64,000 nt of DNA, taken from Candidatus Latescibacterota bacterium (lineage in GTDB: Bacteria; Latescibacterota; UBA2968; GCA-2709665). Below, piece by piece: positions 31,267 through 40,643 of this stretch. How positions within the stretch are numbered: the stretch's first letter is position 1; each line of letters opens with the position of its first letter. Below the pieces are notes generated by a model. It was not told where the DNA came from and made no database searches. It saw only the letters and a program-made list of their open reading frames with translations. The stretch lies in contig OZ244744.1 of assembly GCA_965219455.1 (NCBI GenBank), positions 96,001 to 160,000 on the forward strand. Reading direction: 5' to 3'. The position numbers were made by a program, and so were the translations under genes.

Positions 31267-31592
31267 CAACCTCGCGAAAATCTCACAACTGAAAAACAGT
31301 GACCAAATGTATAGATAATTTAGAGATGGATCGATGGAAACGCAAGTACTATGCGTAAGATCCCGACTTTCGTCATGCTCGATATTCTCCTGCCTGTACG
31401 AGGCGGGATGATTCCCAACGAATACGCAAATCAGCCTCTGCCACAAAAATACGACGAATTGGCGCTTATTGTACTTTTATTTTGGGTTCAATCTGGTTAA
31501 ATTTCATTGCAAGAAGACATTACGCCGTCTCATATGACGCCCGCGCGTCCGGAAAGGTCGTTTACACAGACTCACGATTAAATCGGAAAGAT

Positions 31593-32768
31593 ATGAATCG
31601 CCTCTGTCATCGCGCATTTCCGTTCTTTCTTGCCGGCGCGGTTTCCGCCTGCGGCGGCAGGAATCCTCCCGCTCCCCTGTCCCCCGCGGGAACCGGAAGC
31701 AGCGGCGAGGCCGAAAGGACCTCATCGCTGCCGGACAGGAATTTCCTGGACGTCTCCCGCTTTCCCCTGAACCATCTGATTAGCGGTAACGTCGCCAAAG
31801 ACGGCATTCCCGCGCTGACAGATCCGGATTTCGTCCGCGAGGGTTCGGTCTATGCGGCCTACCTCAAGGACGAAGATCTCGTACTTGGCCTCTACCTCAA
31901 CGGCATCGCCAAGGCCTATCCACACAATATTGGCTGGCACCATGAAATCATCAACGACGTCATCGGCGACCGGTACATGGTTATCACGCTATGCCCGCTC
32001 ACCGGCACCGGGATGGTCTTCAACGGACAGGGCGAGGGCGACGAGCGGCTGGAACTCGGTGTATCCGGCCTGCTATTCAATAACAATCTCGTGATGTACG
32101 ACCGTCGTCACGACGACACCCTGTACCCGCAGATGACCCACATAGGTATTAAGGGATTCGGTACCGAGAGGGAACTCGCACTGATGCCCGTGATCGAAAC
32201 CACGTGGGGCAACTGGAAGAGGCTCTACCCGGGCACGTTGGTCGTCAGTTCCGCGTCCAGGGGAATGTACCGATCGGAACGATACGCCATGTACCCCTAC
32301 GCCGGATACCGCAACCCGGAGTCGGCGCCGCTGTTCCCCCTGTTTCCGGAACCGGACGACAATCCCATCGTTTCTGATTATCCTCCGAAAGAGATGGTAC
32401 TGGGCGTTCGATTCGGGTCCGTCGTCAAGGCCTATCCCTATTCGCAAATGGGCGGCGATCAAGCCGCAATCAACGATAGGATCGCAGATCACAACGTCCT
32501 TGTACTCTACGACGCCGCAGCCCGGATGGCCCTGCCTTTCAGTCGGGACGTGGGCAATCGGACACTGACCTTCGATAGAATGCCTTCGACAAACCGGCGG
32601 TTTTCCTTTATGCTGAAAGACCGTGAAACCGGCACCACCTGGAACCAGTTGGGGCAGGCATTGGCGGGGGAGCTTGAAGGCAACCAACTCTATCAGATCC
32701 CGGCACACAACGCATTCTGGTTCGCCTGGGCAACCTTCTGGCAGGACACCGGGGTTTACGCGCCCTGA
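31593..32768 (+). CDS. DUF3179 family lipoprotein
   Basis: Lipobox VSAC; KDGIPAL, KAYP...HEIIND, TLCPLTGTG, GVSGLLFNNNLVMYDR, FWFAW. Confidence 0.85.
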   Translation: MNRLCHRAFPFFLAGAVSACGGRNPPAPLSPAGTGSSGEAERTSSLPDRNFLDVSRFPLNHLISGNVAKDGIPALTDPDFVREGSVYAAYLKDEDLVLGLYLNGIAKAYPHNIGWHHEIINDVIGDRYMVITLCPLTGTGMVFNGQGEGDERLELGVSGLLFNNNLVMYDRRHDDTLYPQMTHIGIKGFGTERELALMPVIETTWGNWKRLYPGTLVVSSASRGMYRSERYAMYPYAGYRNPESAPLFPLFPEPDDNPIVSDYPPKEMVLGVRFGSVVKAYPYSQMGGDQAAINDRIADHNVLVLYDAAARMALPFSRDVGNRTLTFDRMPSTNRRFSFMLKDRETGTTWNQLGQALAGELEGNQLYQIPAHNAFWFAWATFWQDTGVYAP

Positions 32769-32888
32769 CCACAGTACGGGACAACACTCGGTAGCCTGAA
32801 TTCAAATGGATCGGCTATTGGCTATTCTCGCTTCCCTGGTATCGATGACGCGGTTCCGGTGTACTGATCCCGACCCGTTGTCCTCTAC

Positions 32889-33836
32889 ATGACAACCGTA
32901 CTCGTGAGGCCGGCCACGGTCGCCCTGCTCGTGATTGTCGCCTCCTGTACGCCCCGCAACGTAATCGCGGGCGCCTGGACGCTTCCCAGGAATCACGTGT
33001 GGTGCAAGGTTGCCTTTCTGAGCCAGACGACCCACGAAGAATACGTCGGCGCTGCCGGATCGGGAAGAGGGCCGGATCCCACACGGGTCTATAGGGAAGG
33101 AAACCGCGCCAGATATCGGTTTAACGGCAGGTACAGCTCGCGTGCCCTGTTTTTCGATCTTTTTTACGGTGCAACGGACAGATTCGACGTTGGACTGCAG
33201 GTGCCCTTTTTCCGGCAGGAATACCAGGACACGGCCCTCCTAACCGGCTTCGGGGAACCCCGAACGGCAACCGGTTTCGGAGATATCCGGGGATTCCTCA
33301 AAGTCAACCTGTCAGACCGGCGCACCGTGGGCACGTTGACATTGGGTTTCAAGGCGCCAACCGGCGAATTTGTCAACGAAGACGGTCTGATCCCCGTCGG
33401 GGAAGGGCAGTGGGATTTCGATGCCATTTTCCAATTGGGCCGATCGTTTTGGCCAATTCCGGCTTACGTTAACTCGGATGTCGGATACAGGCTTCGCCGC
33501 AAGAATGGAGAGATCGACCGGGATCCCGGCGACGAGTGGTTCTTCGTTGCGGAGGCCGGCTTCCAGGTACGCCGAATGGCGCTGGTCGGCGTAAAATTCC
33601 ACGGCATCCGGGGCAAGGCAGCCACCGTCTTTAACGCCAGAATCCATACGGACATCAAAAATATCACCTATATTTCCCCGGTGATCAACATTGGGCCATT
33701 TCGCGCGTTTACTTTGGAAACCGCCTTGAACATTTCCGTTGGAGGCCAGAACTATCCAGCTGGCTGGATGGCGGTCGTTGGCCTCTCCTATAAGGGCAGT
33801 CCTTTTCCGCGTGACATCAAGTCAGCCGCGAGATAA
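32889..33836 (+). CDS. Putative outer-membrane beta-barrel 'transporter' (Phenol_MetA/SphA-like)
   Basis: N-terminal signal; YGATDRF, GFGDI, FKAPTG, GEGQWD motifs typical of this barrel family. Confidence 0.7.
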   Translation: MTTVLVRPATVALLVIVASCTPRNVIAGAWTLPRNHVWCKVAFLSQTTHEEYVGAAGSGRGPDPTRVYREGNRARYRFNGRYSSRALFFDLFYGATDRFDVGLQVPFFRQEYQDTALLTGFGEPRTATGFGDIRGFLKVNLSDRRTVGTLTLGFKAPTGEFVNEDGLIPVGEGQWDFDAIFQLGRSFWPIPAYVNSDVGYRLRRKNGEIDRDPGDEWFFVAEAGFQVRRMALVGVKFHGIRGKAATVFNARIHTDIKNITYISPVINIGPFRAFTLETALNISVGGQNYPAGWMAVVGLSYKGSPFPRDIKSAAR

Positions 33837-33987
33837 ACGATCTTTTCCGATCCACGCGCTTCGGACATTCGGGCATTGTACAACCGGCTGAATCGGCAAC
33901 GCAAAGCCCTGCGTTCTGCCTGACCGTGCCGGCGACCCCTTATCAGTCCGGATTCGCGTTTTGAACCCGGAGAACAAGAGGTGTGAG

Positions 33988-34752
33988 ATGAAGCTGTCCG
34001 AGACGCAGGTGGCGGGGTTCCGCGAAGAAGGCGTGATGGTGGTTGAGGACCTGCTTGACGCGGATGAAGTCGACGCGCTGCTTAAAAGAGCCGAATGGGT
34101 GGCCAGCGGCCGGGCGCCTCACATTTCCAGTCAACGGCTGCAGGTGGAGCCCGAGGTGAACCAGGGAATGGCGGCGGCAGACACGTATGCGGATTCACTG
34201 CGGAAGATGAGCCATCTCGCGTTCTGTGACGACGTATTCGAATCCCACGCGCGCAACCCGAAGGTTCTGGACGTGATCGAGTCCCTACTCGGTCCGGACC
34301 TCAAGCTCTATCAGGACCAGTGGTTCATGAAGCCACCCAGAATCGGCTCCAGGCAACCCTACCACCAGGATATGCCACTCGGATTTCACATCGACCCGCC
34401 CGATATGGTCACCTGCTGGGCGGCGCTGAATGACGCAACCATCGAAAACGGTTGCCTCTGGATGTTGCCCGGCACCCATCGGTTCGGGATCATTCCCACG
34501 GAGAAATGGGCGGACTATGAACGAATGTCGCTGGACGGAAGCCTGCCGGAAGAGCGGCCCATCGAGTTGAAAGCGGGCAGTTGCAGTTTTCACCATGGTC
34601 TGATTCTGCACAGCAGCAGGCCAAACCAGTCAACTCTGCGTCGTCGGGGTTATGCCACACACTACGTCAGCGCAAGGTGCCGCTTTACAGGCCCGTCAGA
34701 AAAAAGCGACGCCATGCTGGTCAGGGGCGCCTCCATTCCGGGTTGTATCTGA
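33988..34752 (+). CDS. Phytanoyl-CoA dioxygenase (PhyH) family Fe(II)/2OG enzyme
   Basis: KPP..GS..PYHQD, ENGCLWMLPGTH, HHGLILHSS..N....RR. Confidence 0.92.
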   Translation: MKLSETQVAGFREEGVMVVEDLLDADEVDALLKRAEWVASGRAPHISSQRLQVEPEVNQGMAAADTYADSLRKMSHLAFCDDVFESHARNPKVLDVIESLLGPDLKLYQDQWFMKPPRIGSRQPYHQDMPLGFHIDPPDMVTCWAALNDATIENGCLWMLPGTHRFGIIPTEKWADYERMSLDGSLPEERPIELKAGSCSFHHGLILHSSRPNQSTLRRRGYATHYVSARCRFTGPSEKSDAMLVRGASIPGCI

Positions 34753-34859
34753 GGATGCGTCTATTTCAGCGACGGCAATGACGCGGAGGCCGTCGCCATT
34801 ACAGGAAGGTCGTCCGCCGGCGCGCTGAACGGACACCTCATAACGAAAGGATCGACGCC

Positions 34860-35483
34860 ATGAGACATGCAGTCATCTTTCTGGCAGCTGGAATACTGGC
34901 CTGGGGGACCCCCGCGCACGCCGACGTTTTTCCGGGAGAGGAACCCGACGAAGGAACGGGCGTGACGCTGAGTCCCGTTCGCGCGGGACGTCTGGAGGTC
35001 ATCCCCATTCTGTCGGTCGGAATTTCCGACGGTTCAGTGGTCTATCAAGGCGGCGTGTCGGCAGGATATTCGTTGAGCCACATGCACCAGATAGGCGGGG
35101 CCTTTGTGGCTGGCAATCGGGCATACGATCGGTGGGGAGATCGAAGGGAAATAATAGAGACGCCGCAGCCGCCCGTGCAATCCACGGCCGGATATCCCGT
35201 GTCGGCCGAGGAAGGATTCGGCTCCTCACTGTCCGGCTTCTATCGGCTCAACATTCCGCTGAAGTTGGACAAGCGCACCTCGCCATTCCTCGAGGCATTC
35301 GCCGCCAGAGACTACTGGGGATGGGCCGGTGTAAGCGAACTGGGCGGAGGAATCGGGTTCAGGCGCGTCCTGTCCTACCGGACGGCACTCACCACCCGTT
35401 ACTCTTACGTGGCCCTGTTCACCGGGGGCCAGCGCTTGAACCGGCACGTTGCGACGGTCGGGGTATCGATGTTCTTCAGGTAG
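34860..35483 (+). CDS. Small putative outer-membrane beta-barrel protein
   Basis: Signal peptide ending AHA; amphipathic strands; terminal GVSMFFR; AAGGA RBS. Confidence 0.65.
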   Translation: MRHAVIFLAAGILAWGTPAHADVFPGEEPDEGTGVTLSPVRAGRLEVIPILSVGISDGSVVYQGGVSAGYSLSHMHQIGGAFVAGNRAYDRWGDRREIIETPQPPVQSTAGYPVSAEEGFGSSLSGFYRLNIPLKLDKRTSPFLEAFAARDYWGWAGVSELGGGIGFRRVLSYRTALTTRYSYVALFTGGQRLNRHVATVGVSMFFR

Positions 35484-35639
35484 GCCTAGGTAGAACGCAA
35501 TACGGCCGGCCCGGTACCGCCTGTCCTGGGCCGGGCCATTTGCGGCGGGGAAAGGGCTTGCTGCGTCCGACGATTTCGTGGGCGAGCCGACGTGGTTGGA
35601 AACGGTACGCTCCGGATTCCAGGCCGATGACGAATCGAC

Positions 35640-36872
35640 ATGATTCCCTCCATTACACCGCACCCGTTCCGCCTTCTTCTGTCCCTTCTTCTGTTGAGCG
35701 TCGCTAACTGCGGAAGGGAAACGCCCACCGATTCAACCGACCCATCCGAAAATTACGGCGCCGATACCTTTAAAACCATCGTCGGAGACGACGCGGGCGG
35801 CAATTCGGACTCAAGCGGAACCCGGGCCGTCGACTTCGCGGGGCGCAATTTCCTCAACGCGCTGACGTTTCCCCACGACAAAATCGATCGCGTCTATCAA
35901 CAAGACGCCACACTTGCCCTGATCGACCCGCGGTTTGTTCCCGCAGCTTCCGCCGAGGCCCGTTATCTGTCGGACAACGACCTGGTAATCGGGGTGCGTC
36001 TCAACGGCATTTCCAAAGCCTATCCCCACAAGATGGCATGGTACCATCAGATCGTCAACGACCGCATCGGAGGCCAGCCGATTGCGGTCACATTCTCGCC
36101 GTTCACAGGCAGCGGCATCGTATTCGCGGCATGGAGCGGCGGCGCGATCAACCGGCTCAAGTTTGGCGCATCCGGAGAACTCTTTAACAACAACCTGATC
36201 ATGTACGATCTGAACGACGAACAGATTCGCTATCCCCAGATGACACATACCGGCATCTCAGGTGTCAGGGCCGGATGGATTCTGAATACCCCGCCCTTCG
36301 TTGAAACCACCTGGCGCTATTGGAAACAACTCTATCCCGACACGTTCGTCATCAGCAGCAACACACCTGGAGCATTTGACGTAAGCGATTATAGTGTATA
36401 TCCTTATGGATTATACCGGGACCCCGAATCCGCCCCGCGGTTCCAGGTGTTTCCACGTCTTGAAGACAATCCGCTTGCGGGGCTGTTTTCGCCCAAGGAA
36501 CTGACTTTCGGGGTTCGGTTTGTCGAAAAAGCAAAAGCATATCCCATGTCGACCCTGGGCGAAGAGGCGGTGATCAATGACACGCTGGCGGAAAGAAACA
36601 TCGTTGTGGTATGGTATGCCGCCGAACAAATGGCTGTCGCCTTCAGCCGGGACTATGCGCAACGGACCCTGACCTTTGATAAAATTCCGTCTACGTTGCA
36701 GGCCTACCCCTTCATGTTGCGAGACCGGGAGACCCATTCCACGTGGGATTTGAAGGGCCGGGCTATTGCGGGGCCCCAGAAAGACAATGTGTTGCAACAG
36801 ATCCCGGGGCACGGTGCCTTCTGGTTCGCCTGGATTACGTTCTGGCAGGACACGGAAGTTTACGGAGGATAG
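35640..36872 (+). CDS. DUF3179 family lipoprotein (paralogue lacking the motif Cys)
   Basis: Lipobox VANC; KAYP..MAWYHQIVND, TFSPFTGSG, GELFNNNLIMYD, FWFAW; collinear with 31593..32768. Confidence 0.85.
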   Translation: MIPSITPHPFRLLLSLLLLSVANCGRETPTDSTDPSENYGADTFKTIVGDDAGGNSDSSGTRAVDFAGRNFLNALTFPHDKIDRVYQQDATLALIDPRFVPAASAEARYLSDNDLVIGVRLNGISKAYPHKMAWYHQIVNDRIGGQPIAVTFSPFTGSGIVFAAWSGGAINRLKFGASGELFNNNLIMYDLNDEQIRYPQMTHTGISGVRAGWILNTPPFVETTWRYWKQLYPDTFVISSNTPGAFDVSDYSVYPYGLYRDPESAPRFQVFPRLEDNPLAGLFSPKELTFGVRFVEKAKAYPMSTLGEEAVINDTLAERNIVVVWYAAEQMAVAFSRDYAQRTLTFDKIPSTLQAYPFMLRDRETHSTWDLKGRAIAGPQKDNVLQQIPGHGAFWFAWITFWQDTEVYGG

Positions 36873-36877
36873 TCGAC

Positions 36878-36930
36878 TCGAAACGTGGACGCTGAGCTTG
36901 TCGAAGCGCCCACGTTTCGACAAGCTCAGG
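36878..36930. repeat. Palindromic REP-like element (CTGAGCTTGTCGAA / TTCGACAAGCTCAG)
   Basis: Perfect 14-bp inverted repeat 36892-36905/36916-36929; half-copy at 56176-56194. Confidence 0.7.
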
Positions 36931-37054
36931 GAGCGGCTCAGGGTACAGGCTTAATGATGTTCGCTGCGTGCGCTGCGGACGTTGCACCTGGCGAAACGCG
37001 CTCGGCCGGCGAATTCGGCAATCTATGTCCGGGACAGAACACTGCTTCCACGGT

Positions 37055-37675
37055 TCAGGCGGTCATGTACAAGGCGGCCACGACCCAGACGACGAGAAAA
37101 CCCATGCCGCAGCCGGCAGCAACCTGCGGATACGAGTGCGCGCCAAGAACAATACGCGCCCACGAGACTACCAACGGCAGGGGCAGCCAGTATATGGCCG
37201 AAGGCCCGAGCAAATGATGAAGCATCGCCAACGGACCGCACACGCCCGCCGCATGCAGGCTTATCTTCCATCGTGGGTTCGTCCCGGCGGCGACAAGCCC
37301 CAACACGACATAGCTGAGCATAAACGCACTTACCGGCGGCGGCGCGTCCGTGGACCGCAGCAAGACAAATCCAACGAAGCAACTTGCGGAACTCATCAGC
37401 AGCGGCTTCCCGCGACGGGATCGAATTGAAATAAAGAACCCATCCACCTCCTTGCGCGCCACCAGGAGTCCGACATACAGCGTCGGCAAACAGGTCGCAA
37501 AGAGCAGACAGATGCTCAGCCAGCCAGCGCGATGTATCATGGGCGCCGGCGGCCGGCAAATCAACAGGATCGACATACCGGCCGCTGCGAGCGGAGGGCT
37601 AAGTACCGCCGATATTGTCCTTGCGACAACGCGCTGAGCGCAGAGACGGGTCATCGGTCTTCTGAAGGTTTCCAT
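37055..37675 (-). CDS. Membrane protein, PAP2-like
   Basis: About 6 TM segments; WKISLHA and WARIVLGAHS..QV..G motifs resemble PAP2 C2/C3. Confidence 0.7.
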   Translation of the reverse strand: METFRRPMTRLCAQRVVARTISAVLSPPLAAAGMSILLICRPPAPMIHRAGWLSICLLFATCLPTLYVGLLVARKEVDGFFISIRSRRGKPLLMSSASCFVGFVLLRSTDAPPPVSAFMLSYVVLGLVAAGTNPRWKISLHAAGVCGPLAMLHHLLGPSAIYWLPLPLVVSWARIVLGAHSYPQVAAGCGMGFLVVWVVAALYMTA

Positions 37676-37786
37676 GTATTGTGGGCGAAATCCCGATCTA
37701 ACTGTTGCCAGGCGACGCAACAATATACGAATTGAATGCTCGAAATCTCGCTATTTTATGTTCACGCGCAGCCCGGATATTGCGCC

Positions 37787-37815
37787 TTGACAAGGCTTAC
37801 TATTTATTATATACT
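37787..37815 (+). promoter_or_regulatory. Near-consensus sigma70 promoter
   Basis: TTGACA-17 nt-TATACT. Confidence 0.75.
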
Positions 37816-37888
37816 GCTTTAGGATAGTTTGCCGGCGTGGGAGAGTCGGTTTTTTTCGTTTCGACAACACAGAGTTCAACGGTGCCTT

Positions 37889-40441
37889 ATGAAATTGAGA
37901 GCCGTCCTCAGCCACCAGCCCATTGACAGGCTCAGCCGGATCGCCGCGTCGACCGATCTGCCAATTCACGCCGGCGCCAACAAAACGGTCCTGATAGACC
38001 TGATGTGTCGCCATCTTTCCAACCCATCGCGGGTCCGGGAACGACTGGATTCGCTTCAGCCCGACCATCGGGAGTTTCTCGTCAATCTGGCCGCGGAGGG
38101 AGGCGAACTGCTTAAGGAAGACGCCATCGACGAGTTGGGGGCGGGATTTACCCATCGTTTCCAGACGATGCAAGACGCGGTTTCCGACCTGGGTCTGGTC
38201 TTTGAAGATGCCGAAACCCTTGGGGCGGACAATTGTCTGGTCGGTATTCCGGAACCGGTCATCAAGGCCGTTGCCGTGCCGGCGAAGGAACGGGGTCGGC
38301 TCCGCCGCCTGATGCAATCTCGATCCATCGGGCTCCTTCGCGCCTTCGCGAGCGAACTGGGCTGTCCGTACGAGGATACTCACCGCGCCTTCGTGACGCG
38401 CGCCATCCGCAACCGGCTATTGGATCCGGAGCATCTGAAAACTTTCATCCGCGCCCTGCCGGAAACAAAGAGAGCCATTCTGGATCTGGCGCTGGCCGGA
38501 GATGCCATCACGCAGGACGAAATCCTGAGTTCCCTTGGTGAAGGGGGGCTTCGAGCACTGGACGAGATGATCTGGAAAACGCCGCTGTTTTTCCATTCAA
38601 CCGATCGACTCCTGACCGATACACCGCTCCTGCTGGCCTCAGACCTGAAGCCGGAAATTCAGTCCCTGGGCGACCGGATTGAGGAGACAATCGAGGAAAT
38701 TGTGTTAAGCACCGGACCGAACCCCTCCCAGACTCGGGAGCAGACGTCCTGCCTGGTACCCAATCTGTGCACCCTTCTTGGCTTTATCGAGCAGCGCAGG
38801 CCGCGTGCGCTCAAACATGGCGGCGTTTCCAGAGCCCGGCTTCGAGACGTCAACAAATACTACAGGGGCCACATAGATCCGGGTTATTCTGAATTCCTCC
38901 TCCTGTTTGCGGAAACGGCCGGATTTATTCAGTCCGACGCCAGAACGTGGCGTCTTGCCGGGGACGTTGCCGACCGATTCTCAAGGGTGGTTGACATTCG
39001 AAACGCCGTGCTTACGGTCTGGCGCGAGACCGACCGATGGAATGAGTGGACCGCGGAACGTTCCGGCGCGCGGGTCCGCAACGGGATTGACACGCTGAGA
39101 GGGCTTCGCCGCGACCTGCTCGACTGCCTTGCCAGATGTCCTGAAGACCGCTGGATATCGTACCCGAAATTTTACACACTGCTTACGCGCCGGTCCGAAA
39201 CCTTCGCCCACCTCGATGGACGTCCCCCAGCCGGGCGGGATTCTGTCGGTGGCGGCGCCGACGAACTGCTCCGGCGTATCCTCGTATCGGCTCTGACGTG
39301 GATGGGTCTGGTCAGCCTGGGAAATCCTGATGCGTTCAAAGAGCCCCTCGCACCGGACCACCAGGGTGTATTCAAACTCACCGGACCCGGCGTTGCGCTC
39401 CTCGGTGGACATGAAACAGTGAATACGCCCGGCGATACGGAGACCCGCCCCGCCGGGAAGTTTATCCTACAACCGAATCTTGAAATCCTTTCTCCACCTG
39501 ACCTTTCCTTTGAGCTTTACATCCGGCTTTTTTCCATAGCGGAACTCAAGGAAGTCGACGTACTGGAAAGATTCCGGATTTCGCCCCAATCCGTCCACGT
39601 GGCAATGAGCAGGGGCTGGGATGGAGCCTCCCTCAGAGAGTTTCTTCGGACCCACAGTGCCACCGGATTGCCGGAGATGGTGGACGCCCTGATCCAGGAG
39701 TGCGAAAGTAAGCACGGTGAAATTGAAATTGCGCCAGCTTCCGGCTATCTCATTAGCGAACGCCCCGAACTGCTGGACGAACTCTTCGTACAGAAAAAAA
39801 TCGCATCCCATCTAGCCGTTCGACTTTCGCCGACTGCGGCCGCCCTCAACCCGTCGACGCGCGTCGAGGAACTTCTGGATGCCCTGAACAGGCGCGGTTA
39901 TATGCCGAAGATAAGCTGCAAAGAGTCAAACGACGAACAACACCAGATTGTGCTGAAAAGTTCGGAGCTGTTACAACTGACAGGATTCCTTGAAAACGCC
40001 GTACAGACCTTCGCGGCACGGTCGGTTCCACTGCCAGAGGAACTGGAACGTCTGCTGAAACGTCTCCGCAGAAGTCTTCGAAGCATTCCGGACAGCGAGT
40101 GCCGAGACGCCCAGAACGACTATTGTATGACTTTTGAATCGCTATTCAAAGGCGGGCCGTCATGCGATGGCATCCAGGCGCTTGTTCAATACCCGGGCAC
40201 GAACCCCGCCACCGCCGGTGCCGACGTAAGGTGTCTCATCGGATACGCGATTGACCATCGTCTGTGCCTTGAAATCGACTATCTCGCCGAACGCAGCGAC
40301 GCAACATCATCTCGTTCGATTGAACCCCTCTTCGAAGATCACGGCGTACTCTACGGCTTTTGCAGGCACCGAAAAGGCGAGCGGATGTTCCGGCTTGACA
40401 GGATTCGGAGCGCCAGGTTGACTCCCTCAATTACGGAATGA
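37889..40441 (+). CDS. Helicase-associated (Helicase_C_3, XPB/Ssl2 N-terminal-like) domain protein with C-terminal WYL domain
   Basis: FILQPNLEILSP...FRISPQSV..AMSRG...FLRTHSATGLP; C-terminal LEIDY...RSIEP...LYGFCRHRKGERMFRLDRI. Confidence 0.82.
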   Translation: MKLRAVLSHQPIDRLSRIAASTDLPIHAGANKTVLIDLMCRHLSNPSRVRERLDSLQPDHREFLVNLAAEGGELLKEDAIDELGAGFTHRFQTMQDAVSDLGLVFEDAETLGADNCLVGIPEPVIKAVAVPAKERGRLRRLMQSRSIGLLRAFASELGCPYEDTHRAFVTRAIRNRLLDPEHLKTFIRALPETKRAILDLALAGDAITQDEILSSLGEGGLRALDEMIWKTPLFFHSTDRLLTDTPLLLASDLKPEIQSLGDRIEETIEEIVLSTGPNPSQTREQTSCLVPNLCTLLGFIEQRRPRALKHGGVSRARLRDVNKYYRGHIDPGYSEFLLLFAETAGFIQSDARTWRLAGDVADRFSRVVDIRNAVLTVWRETDRWNEWTAERSGARVRNGIDTLRGLRRDLLDCLARCPEDRWISYPKFYTLLTRRSETFAHLDGRPPAGRDSVGGGADELLRRILVSALTWMGLVSLGNPDAFKEPLAPDHQGVFKLTGPGVALLGGHETVNTPGDTETRPAGKFILQPNLEILSPPDLSFELYIRLFSIAELKEVDVLERFRISPQSVHVAMSRGWDGASLREFLRTHSATGLPEMVDALIQECESKHGEIEIAPASGYLISERPELLDELFVQKKIASHLAVRLSPTAAALNPSTRVEELLDALNRRGYMPKISCKESNDEQHQIVLKSSELLQLTGFLENAVQTFAARSVPLPEELERLLKRLRRSLRSIPDSECRDAQNDYCMTFESLFKGGPSCDGIQALVQYPGTNPATAGADVRCLIGYAIDHRLCLEIDYLAERSDATSSRSIEPLFEDHGVLYGFCRHRKGERMFRLDRIRSARLTPSITE

Positions 40442-40516
40442 TCCGAACGGGGGCTTACACGTCCTTAGCAGTCCCTTGAAGTTCGAACGGGCCCGCGAAT
40501 GTGGCCGGCGCACTCC

Positions 40517-40545
40517 TTGACATTTCACGTCGCAGACCCTATATT
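40517..40545 (+). promoter_or_regulatory. Sigma70-like promoter
   Basis: TTGACA-17 nt-TATATT. Confidence 0.65.
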
Positions 40546-40643
40546 GCGCGATTCATGACGGGACCTTATCCGCACCCGCGTAACAGCCGCCGCCATTTCA
40601 GGGCGATCCGCAGGCCGGTGACCAGACATCCGGGAAAACCCAT

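Noticed and set aside
27349-31446. Long N-terminal extensions given by the ORF track for birA and uvrB (also for 8085..9542, 41897..43555, 43959..45119)
   Set aside because: They overlap neighbouring genes or lack homology-like content; downstream starts with RBS or coupling fit better.
31267-31592. Canonical LexA box upstream of uvrB
   Set aside because: No CTGT-N8-ACAG or GAAC-N4-GTTC match seen in the AT-rich intergenic region.
33880-33945. GCAACGCAAAGCC resembling part of a c-di-GMP-I riboswitch
   Set aside because: The upstream GGCAAAC...GAAA stem is absent; only a simple hairpin remains.
31593-36872. Selenocysteine in the DUF3179 genes
   Set aside because: Neither ORF has an in-frame TGA; the motif positions are Cys/Thr and Ser/Thr codons.
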